Below are positions 28,952 through 35,522 of a stretch of DNA of 63,225 nt, piece after piece. The notes under the pieces were generated by a model that was given only the letters and a program-made list of their open reading frames with translations, was not told where the DNA came from and ran no database searches. Numbering within the stretch: the stretch's first letter is position 1; each line of letters starts with the position of its first letter. Source of the DNA: a virus (lineage: Duplodnaviria; Caudoviricetes); the IMG/VR virus record IMGVR_UViG_3300049167_000226, positions 1 through 63,225 of that record; one strand, given 5' to 3'. Both the position numbers and the translations under genes were made by a program.

Positions 28952-29691
28952 TACGTCTTTTCCGAGGCAACGCTCCACAGGAACTTGATCAGCAGACGAT
29001 CGACGAACTAACAGCAGAATTCTCAGCGACTGCCAAATCAGTCTGGGCGAAACCATTCATAAAAGAGGCGCTTTTAGCCTCATCTCATTCAAAGTGTGCC
29101 TATTGCGAGACGAGGATCGACGAAGAATCAAAGTACATGGAGGTTGAGCATTTCAGATGCAAAGACGACTTCCCCTCACTCGTGGTCCAGTGGGACAACC
29201 TTTTGCCCGCTTGCAAGCATTGCAACGGGCAGAAAAGCACCCATAACGTCGATACACAGGGCATGCTTGTAGATCCGTTCGCTGATGAACCGCGCGCCCA
29301 CATCTTCTTTCAAAATTATCGGCTCCGGTGGCGTGACGAAAAAGGGCGCCGCACCATTGATACCCTCTACCTCAACGACACTACGCGTCTGGTGAGCGTA
29401 AGGTTGCGTATTGGAGAAGCTATCGCGGAAGCTCTTGAGACGTTGCTGACCTTACTGGAGGGTTACCTCGCTGGGGAAAATTCAACTCTCCGACGTAACC
29501 GCATTACGCGTGGGGTGAGAAAGCTCCTAGAGGAGGCACAGCCAGCTTCAGAGTACAGCGCGCTGGCCGCGACTGTGCTTTTAAGTGATCCGAATTATGA
29601 ATGGATTCGGCATAAGCTTATTGATCTCGATCTTTGGGGTGAATTGGAGGCGCTAGAGACGTCTGCGGCTGCGTTAACGCTTCATCCGTAG
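28948..29691 (+). CDS. ptuB: Septu-type HNH endonuclease (PtuB-like)
   Basis: KCAYCE, VEHF, WDNLLPACKHCN; GTGA-coupled to the ATPase. Confidence 0.85.
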   Translation: MIRLFRGNAPQELDQQTIDELTAEFSATAKSVWAKPFIKEALLASSHSKCAYCETRIDEESKYMEVEHFRCKDDFPSLVVQWDNLLPACKHCNGQKSTHNVDTQGMLVDPFADEPRAHIFFQNYRLRWRDEKGRRTIDTLYLNDTTRLVSVRLRIGEAIAEALETLLTLLEGYLAGENSTLRRNRITRGVRKLLEEAQPASEYSALAATVLLSDPNYEWIRHKLIDLDLWGELEALETSAAALTLHP

Positions 29692-29747
29692 TGTTAACCT
29701 CGGAACGCCTCGTTGGAGAGGCTAGGTGGTTTCGCGTCCCCCTGTTC

Positions 29748-30074
29748 TCACTGTATAACCTCTTCGTACCCGGTTTCGGAAACCCAAAGCCCGTCGTTGG
29801 TGCGGACGGTGATCAGGGTGTAGGTCGCGGGTGGCGGATCGTGAGGCGTGGCGTGAACGTCGCTGATGAAGCTGCCTAGGCCGCGACGAGCGGCGGCGAG
29901 GGCGACTTTCCGGCCGTCTATCCCGTCCATTTCGCCGGAGTACATGGCGAAATGCAGGGCGGCAGTGACCAGCCGGGACACGATGGTTTCAGCATCGTGG
30001 TTCATCAGCTCGTTGTGCTCGGCAAACTGGCGGACGATATCGGCCACGCCGCCGGCGCGTTGGGTGTTGGGCAT
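29748..30074 (-). CDS. Hypothetical protein
   Basis: AAAGGA RBS. Confidence 0.6.
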   Translation of the reverse strand: MPNTQRAGGVADIVRQFAEHNELMNHDAETIVSRLVTAALHFAMYSGEMDGIDGRKVALAAARRGLGSFISDVHATPHDPPPATYTLITVRTNDGLWVSETGYEEVIQ

Positions 30075-30088
30075 GTGGGATTGTCCTT

Positions 30089-30184
30089 TCAGCGGGCGAA
30101 TGCGTCGGCGATTGAGGGCGCCCAGACGCAGAGGAAGAGAATGAAGTACGACATGGCGGCCAGCGCCCAGAGATCCTTGAGCAT
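30089..30184 (-). CDS. 31-aa hydrophobic peptide (not in ORF track)
   Basis: MLKDLWALAAMSYFILFLCVWAPSIADAFAR; GAGG upstream; fills the operon gap. Confidence 0.5.
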   Translation of the reverse strand: MLKDLWALAAMSYFILFLCVWAPSIADAFAR

Positions 30185-30186
30185 AG

Positions 30187-30594
30187 TCAAAGCCTCTCGG
30201 GGTCGGTGGATTGGGCGATGAAATCGGTCAGGTCATTGGTAACGTCCTGAACAGCCGTCAGGTAGGCGCGACGCTTTCCGGTGTCGTCGAGGTCGAAATT
30301 CCGGTTCGCCTCGAGCAGCTCGTCGCGAGCCTTCGCCATCGGAGCGAGGATCGCGTTCATCACCGCAAAGGCGTCATCCTTCTCGGAGAAATCGCCGATC
30401 GCCATAGCGAGGAACTGGCCTCCATCGTCGAGGTAACGGCCGTAAATCGTCCACGTGGTAGAGAAAACGGCGTCGTTGGATGCAAGACGGACACGTTCCT
30501 TTTCGAATTCCGCGTCGCTGGTGAATGACCAGTATTCGCCCTCGTCGTCGATGATGCAGTGCTGGATTTCCAAATATTCAAAGGCCATGGGCAT
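30187..30594 (-). CDS. Acidic hypothetical protein
   Basis: AAAGGA RBS before MPMAFEY; D/E-rich. Confidence 0.6.
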   Translation of the reverse strand: MPMAFEYLEIQHCIIDDEGEYWSFTSDAEFEKERVRLASNDAVFSTTWTIYGRYLDDGGQFLAMAIGDFSEKDDAFAVMNAILAPMAKARDELLEANRNFDLDDTGKRRAYLTAVQDVTNDLTDFIAQSTDPERL

Positions 30595-30695
30595 GGCGGG
30601 TCCTTTCGAGGAAATGTCGCCGGAAGGCCGCACGCTTAGGGGGCGGGAGCGTGCGGCCGCGCAAGCGACATCGAGGGCTAGCGACTTGCTTGCGC

Positions 30696-30950
30696 TCACC
30701 GACTGGGGCAGGGGGAACCCGGGTCGGCGATCTCTAATTCGTCTGTCAATGCGAGATAAGAGCGCGCCAACTGATAGCGGCAGTCCTCATTGCACAGCCA
30801 AGCGCGATACATGGCGGCGCGCAGGTCATTGGCCGTCCACTTTTCGTATTGCGCCTTCTCCGCCGCTGCATAGGCAGGATCAAGGCTCGCTGTGAGGGCA
30901 TGGAAAGCGGCGAGATCGTCAGGGGTAAGTATTTCCGTCCACCTAGACAT
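30696..30950 (-). CDS. Hypothetical protein
   Basis: MSRWTEILT start overlapping upstream stop. Confidence 0.5.
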   Translation of the reverse strand: MSRWTEILTPDDLAAFHALTASLDPAYAAAEKAQYEKWTANDLRAAMYRAWLCNEDCRYQLARSYLALTDELEIADPGSPCPSR

Positions 30951-31110
30951 TGCTGGCCTCGATAACGCGGGAGCATGCGAGGCGAACGCGCAGCGCATCA
31001 GCCTTGGCGAGGTAGGCCGCCAGTTCTTCGGCTGCCTGTTCCTGATGGCGCTGACGTGCCGTCTCCCAATCGGAGGGCATGCGCATGCGAGTGGAATGCT
31101 GGCTGGGCAT
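30943..31110 (-). CDS. Small hypothetical protein
   Basis: GGAG RBS before MPSQH. Confidence 0.5.
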   Translation of the reverse strand: MPSQHSTRMRMPSDWETARQRHQEQAAEELAAYLAKADALRVRLACSRVIEASNV

Positions 31111-31132
31111 GGTGAAATCTCCATGGGTGGAA

Positions 31133-31165
31133 ATGCAAAAGCCCGGCGCGATGGCCGGGCTTGCA
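31133..31165 (-). terminator. Rho-independent terminator
   Basis: gcccggc stem followed by TTTTGCATTT on minus strand. Confidence 0.6.
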
Positions 31166-31187
31166 TGTCGTCGAGTGGAGGGGTGAA

Positions 31188-31784
31188 TCAGGCGGCAATG
31201 CCGTTGGCGGCGGGAGCCTGCATCGGATCCTTCTTGGCGGACTTTTTCGGCGCTGCCTTCTTCTCGGCGACAGCCGGGAGCGGCTTCTGGTTGCGGACGA
31301 CGAGGACCGGGCCGGCAGCAACCTTCAGCGCGCCTTCCACGGCGCGGATGACGCGGATATCGGCACCTTCGTCCGTCAGCTTCTTGACGACCTTCGTCAG
31401 ATAGTCGGCGGCGCTGAACGCCTTCGTCTCGCTGGTTGCTTCCTTGGCGGCCTTCTCGAAATTCGCCGGTGCGACCTTCATGGCGCCATCGATGTCCGAC
31501 GGCTTGCCCTTGGCATAGACGAACGTGCCGCCCTGGCCTTTTTCGCCGGCCTTGAAGGTGCACTTACCGAACTCGCAGAACCACAGGCGCAGACCGGTGC
31601 GGTAGTTGGCAGGCGACATGTCATAGAGGGCCTGAACATAGATGATGTCGTTATGTTCGCCGAGATGGGCGAGCGCCGACACAGCGAGCTGATGCTCGCG
31701 CTCGGTGAAGGTCGAGATCTGCTGGCCGCGGCCGGCGATTGCGTTCTTGAGGGCCTTGCCGGTGATGATTGCGAAGTGTGCCAT
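31188..31784 (-). CDS. Basic Lys/Ala-rich protein, first gene of accessory operon
   Basis: AGGAG RBS before MAHFAII; strongly biased codons; KKAAPKKSAKK tail. Confidence 0.75.
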   Translation of the reverse strand: MAHFAIITGKALKNAIAGRGQQISTFTEREHQLAVSALAHLGEHNDIIYVQALYDMSPANYRTGLRLWFCEFGKCTFKAGEKGQGGTFVYAKGKPSDIDGAMKVAPANFEKAAKEATSETKAFSAADYLTKVVKKLTDEGADIRVIRAVEGALKVAAGPVLVVRNQKPLPAVAEKKAAPKKSAKKDPMQAPAANGIAA

Positions 31785-32404
31785 TGTCGTATTCTCCTGA
31801 TTGGTGCCCCTCGCGCAGGGGCGGGTTGACGGCCAAATGCCGGGAAATCGCCAGTTGGTGACGGCGATTTCCAAGCACGTGGTATGAGGGGCAAGTGATT
31901 GCTTGCCCTTCAGATTTTCCGTTGTGATTTTGTGCTTGAGATATCCCGACATGCGGGGGGCTAGCTTTTCGGGGGCGGCAACCTTTCGGTTTTCAAAGGA
32001 CCTCAGTCCACCGCGCATTGCCCCGCGCGCTTTGTCTTCGCTCCACCACACACACGGTTTTCATTCGGCCTTCCCGGCCACCGTGCCCTGTATCTTCACA
32101 AGTCGCCGCCATTGCTGGCTGCTTATGCTGGAACACCTCGACAACCCTTCCTTTTTGATAAGTCAGCGCGGAAGGGAGCGCCCGATTGGCTGTAGAGGCG
32201 TCACCCTCTCCAATCACCGATAATGCTGATCCGCGATGGCCCTGAAACCCGCCGTTCAATCGAGGCGTTGCCCGCTTTCGCGAGTGTGTTGCCCCAACCT
32301 TGCGGCTGATAACCAGACCGTTCGCCAGCTTTTCTAAGAACCTTGCGGAGGCGCTTGGCCGTCTCGCAATCCCGAAGTGATTTCGTTTTCGCTTCGGTGA
32401 TTGA

Positions 32405-32450
32405 GAGAATATCGATTTCATTTCGTTATGCAATGCGATTTTCTCGCATA
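32405..32450 (-). promoter_or_regulatory. Putative leftward promoter with adjacent operator-like palindrome
   Basis: Minus strand TTGCAT-N16-TATTCT; ATGCGA-N5-TCGCAT at 32433-32449. Confidence 0.45.
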
Positions 32451-32605
32451 TCGATGCGAAAACCGCTAAGGCATTGATTTTGAAATCGCATTAATTTTCG
32501 AATTGGCCCGCAAGCTGCCAAACTTGGCCGCTTCGAAAATATTTTTTGCCGCCTCATCGCAGGTTGAAAATCGGCCTGCTTACAGGCGCTTCGCCTGGGG
32601 ACTAC

Positions 32606-32733
32606 TTCTGGAAAACCTGTGGAAATCTGCGGGAAAAACCATGGAATATCGCGGAAACAATCCTTGCAGTTGTAGGTGTTCCGGGCCTGTGGAAATTACC
32701 GCTGCGGAAAAAGCGCGGAATTTTGCGGAATTT
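32606..32733 (+). repeat. Helically phased GGAA(A/T) repeats (iteron-like)
   Basis: GGAA at 32610, 32621, 32632, 32643, 32653 and 32691, 32706, 32717, 32727. Confidence 0.7.
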
Positions 32734-32745
32734 CAGGTCCGACCT

Positions 32746-32778
32746 CGCGCGTGCCCACGCGGAGATTATTATAAATCT
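32746..32778. repeat. 33-bp element, copy 2
   Basis: cgcgcgtgcccacgcggagattattataaatct. Confidence 0.8.
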
Positions 32779-32869
32779 TTGATGGAGAGGCCTCTCAGGC
32801 CCTTCTCCCTTCTCCAACACTATTCAGGATTTGATATCCGCGAGGCAGAGGGCTTGCTGTCACCCCCTG

Positions 32870-32899
32870 TTGACAAATCAGCGCGGGACGAGTCATCTA
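32870..32899 (+). promoter_or_regulatory. Putative late promoter
   Basis: TTGACA -35 upstream of the packaging operon; -10 is weak. Confidence 0.45.
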
Positions 32900-32929
32900 C
32901 CCCCGGATGCTTGATTTGCGTCCTCAAAC

Positions 32930-32964
32930 AGGCGGTCGCCCTTCCGGGTTGGACCGCCTTTTTC
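32930..32964 (+). terminator. Terminator immediately after the putative late promoter
   Basis: aggcggtc...gaccgcct stem followed by TTTT. Confidence 0.65.
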
Positions 32965-32986
32965 GTTCCAGCTTTGGAGATCCCTC

Positions 32987-33136
32987 ATGATCGGCATGCG
33001 CCTCTCTCATGCGCCATCCGGCACCATCGGCCTCGTCGATGCTGTCTCGGTTGATCCTGCTGGCCTCGGCCTCGTCCGCATCCATGACATGTGGTTCATG
33101 GCGGATGATTGTGGCCCGGTGCTTCGGCACCATTGA
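32987..33136 (+). CDS. 49-aa hypothetical protein (not in ORF track)
   Basis: GGAG RBS; MIGMRLSHAPSGTIGLVDAV... Confidence 0.5.
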   Translation: MIGMRLSHAPSGTIGLVDAVSVDPAGLGLVRIHDMWFMADDCGPVLRHH

Positions 33137-33145
33137 GGACAACTT

Positions 33146-33274
33146 TCAATCTCGCCTTCTGCGGAATGCGACGGCTACGAGGATCAACAGCAGCGCTACA
33201 ATGGCGAACTGTCCGTTCGCGCTGGCTTCGATGCCGAGAACAGTGATTGTAAGGCTGTCATTTGTGGATTGCAC
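33146..33274 (-). CDS. 42-aa single-TM peptide (not in ORF track)
   Basis: GAGG RBS + GTG; MQSTNDSLTITVLGIEASANGQFAIVALLLILVAVAFRRRRD. Confidence 0.55.
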   Translation of the reverse strand: MQSTNDSLTITVLGIEASANGQFAIVALLLILVAVAFRRRRD

Positions 33275-33433
33275 GGCGCACCTCTCGCTAAAGTTTGGTG
33301 CGCTGCCCGCTGCCGCACTATGCACCGCCGATTTGCTTGTGCAAGTTTTCTCTGAACTCGTGCGATGAAAGAAATTCGATCATCAATCGAACTCGCTCTC
33401 CATGTTGATTTTCTGACATCAGGTGGAAGCAGG

Positions 33434-33763
33434 ATGGCACGAAACCGTTACTATTGGTCACCGCACTGGAAGGCGCTGAAGCGCGCCACCCATGAGCGCG
33501 ACGGCTGGCGTTGCGTTGTGCCTGGCTGCGGTTCTACGCTCGCCGTCGTCTGCGACCACATCAAGACGCGGCCGAACGTCGACCATCCCACGCCGCTGGA
33601 TGTGATCTCCAACACCCGCACACTCTGCGGCACTCATGACCGGCAGGTGAAAGAGCAACGTGGCGGAGCTCGTCGACGAGACGGCAGGCCGGTGGTGCAG
33701 GGCTGCACCGTGGACGGTGCGCCGCTCGATCCTCGCCACCCTTGGCACAGGAGCAAGCAATGA
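33434..33763 (+). CDS. Packaging-associated HNH endonuclease
   Basis: W..LKRATHERDGWRCVVPGC...VCDHIK...NTRTLCGTH; lies before cos/terS. Confidence 0.85.
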   Translation: MARNRYYWSPHWKALKRATHERDGWRCVVPGCGSTLAVVCDHIKTRPNVDHPTPLDVISNTRTLCGTHDRQVKEQRGGARRRDGRPVVQGCTVDGAPLDPRHPWHRSKQ

Positions 33764-33906
33764 GCGACGAGAAGCGCCGTGAGACAAAGCCCGATCTGCA
33801 GAAGGGTAAACAGACTACTATTGCTCCGCCCAAGGGTGAGACTGCTGTTGATCGTCGTCCCTATGAGAAGGCGGTTGATCGTCAGCCGTATGAGCGGAAG
33901 GGCTGA
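33760..33906 (+). CDS. 48-aa charged peptide with AVDRxPYE duplication (not in ORF track)
   Basis: ATGA-coupled to HNH gene. Confidence 0.45.
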   Translation: MSDEKRRETKPDLQKGKQTTIAPPKGETAVDRRPYEKAVDRQPYERKG

Positions 33907-33907
33907 C

Positions 33908-34111
33908 GTGCTCGTCTCGGTCCATCTGGGCTGGTGGCTGCTGCCGACCGCCATCACTGGTGCGTCGCTCATCATCGCTTTGTGGATGGCCAAACCGAGC
34001 GGGCGAGGGGATTACGCGGCTATTGCCGATGGCTTTGTCTGGTTGGTCATCATGATGGCCGCGCTCATCGTTTCGCTCGTCGCTTGGCTTCTCTGGGCGT
34101 TGTTCGGCTGA
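33908..34111 (+). CDS. Small two-TM membrane protein
   Basis: GTG start after upstream stop; two hydrophobic segments. Confidence 0.55.
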   Translation: MLVSVHLGWWLLPTAITGASLIIALWMAKPSGRGDYAAIADGFVWLVIMMAALIVSLVAWLLWALFG

Positions 34112-34200
34112 CCCCGGGGGGGCCTCGAATGTCTGCGACCCCCGGGGGCCACACCGTCCGGGGCCTTCGTTCGCAGTGAGAGCAAAATAAACACCCCCCC
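34112..34200. other. Putative cos/packaging region
   Basis: G/C-run motifs (ccccggggggg, cccccggggg) in non-coding DNA between HNH and terS, as in HK97-like phages. Confidence 0.55.
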
Positions 34201-34230
34201 TTAAAGTAAGCGGCCGGGGAAAAGTGGATC

Positions 34231-34620
34231 TTATCCTATTGATGCACCGGTGGTGGTAAGTTTGATTTCCTTGCCAGAAGTGGTGAGCTTCTTCCTCTTC
34301 GACATCGCCATTCCGCCTGCACCAAAACACAGGAGGAACAGGATAACGGTGAACATCAGGAAGGGGACAGCCAAGTCGCCGTTCGAACGAAACTCTTGAA
34401 GGCACGGAACAAGGAAGCCAATCGCCGCTCCAAAAAGAAGGGAAGCCGCGATCACGTGATATTCGTAATCAGCCAAACCGCTGGCATCTACCATCCTGAT
34501 CGATATCTGTTCCGGTACCAAAACCGTCACGTTAAAAGCTGAAGGTGCTGGGTTAACGCCTACAGGGACGGCCGGATTCGGCTCTACCTGCTCAGGAGGA
34601 TCGAGGTCGATGTTACTCAT
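34231..34620 (-). CDS. Two-TM membrane protein (moron)
   Basis: Two hydrophobic helices; ATGA-coupled to upstream gene; antisense to late operon. Confidence 0.7.
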   Translation of the reverse strand: MSNIDLDPPEQVEPNPAVPVGVNPAPSAFNVTVLVPEQISIRMVDASGLADYEYHVIAASLLFGAAIGFLVPCLQEFRSNGDLAVPFLMFTVILFLLCFGAGGMAMSKRKKLTTSGKEIKLTTTGASIG

Positions 34621-34919
34621 ACCGACCTCGTATTGAGCTCTGGCCAAAGGTTCTGCGGCAGCACTCCGTTGTACTGTCCCCCGACCATGCCTGGACTGAC
34701 TAAGATGTGGATCAGGCTGTTGGCCTGGGTAGAAACATTCTGCAGCCCTTGGATGATTGTCTGCCGCGTCGCTTCATTAACGACGTACACAACGTAAACG
34801 GTGTTCAGCGGCCGGACCCACGAATAAGGTTTAAGGACTTCTTTCAGCCGCTCGTTCCACATGTTCCAGGCACCAGGTTCGGGCTGGTTTGTTATGTCCC
34901 ACGAAACCACTATGTGCAC
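34617..34919 (-). CDS. Small protein with Cas2/VapD-like N-terminus (moron)
   Basis: MHIVVSWDI start, AGGAG RBS, AT-richer codons. Confidence 0.65.
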   Translation of the reverse strand: MHIVVSWDITNQPEPGAWNMWNERLKEVLKPYSWVRPLNTVYVVYVVNEATRQTIIQGLQNVSTQANSLIHILVSPGMVGGQYNGVLPQNLWPELNTRSV

Positions 34920-35033
34920 GTCGCACTTCTCCTATGCAGTTGCATCGCCAATCGATCATGCCTGTGGGTGAGTCTGCAATGGCGCGTAACGCCAGATTGT
35001 GTTTCCCGCAGCTATCCACAGGTTGAATAACTC

Positions 35034-35522
35034 ATGAGAGGCAGAAAGCCGAACCCTACCCCGGCATCAAATGTGGTGGAAGGGGCGTTCCCCGGCATCG
35101 ATGCGCCGGCGATCGAGATCGAGGAGCCGAACTGGCTGCTCACGGTCAACGTCAAGCAGTGGGGCGCCCGGCGCGCGAAGATCGCCAGCGAGCGCTGGAA
35201 AACCCTGACCACCAGCCTTGCCCGCAAAGGCCTCTTGGACGTTGACAACGATGTGCTGATCGAGATGGCCGCCGGTGCCTATGCCGACTGGAAGCTCGCG
35301 GAGGCCCATGTCGCGCGGAACGGCGTCATGATCCAGGCTCCGAAGACGAAGGTCATGATGCATAATCCGTACAAGGCGATAGCCGACGCCGCGATGAAGC
35401 GTGTCATGGCCGCCGAGCGCGAACTCGGCATTCCGCCGACCGAACGCGGGCGCGCCGAGAAGGCGCCGCCGAGATCCGGAAGGAAGAAACGCGCCGCCGA
35501 TGAGTACCTTAGAAACAAGTGA
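35034..35522 (+). CDS. terS: Terminase small subunit (P27 family)
   Basis: MRGRKP start, HNPY, ELGIPPTER. Confidence 0.9.
   Translation: MRGRKPNPTPASNVVEGAFPGIDAPAIEIEEPNWLLTVNVKQWGARRAKIASERWKTLTTSLARKGLLDVDNDVLIEMAAGAYADWKLAEAHVARNGVMIQAPKTKVMMHNPYKAIADAAMKRVMAAERELGIPPTERGRAEKAPPRSGRKKRAADEYLRNK

Noticed and set aside
27627-29745. Retron (Ec78-type) around PtuAB
   Set aside because: No reverse transcriptase ORF, and the upstream gap is short without evident msr-msd inverted repeats
32749-32776. dif/Xer site
   Set aside because: Only the XerD-like half matches and the XerC arm is poor; kept only as a hypothesis in the findings
31993-33054. ORF-track ORFs 31993-32433 and 32503-33054
   Set aside because: No RBS, non-protein-like composition, and they overlap promoter and repeat elements
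34617-34919. CRISPR-Cas locus suggested by the Cas2-like start
   Set aside because: No repeat-spacer array or other cas genes were seen in the window
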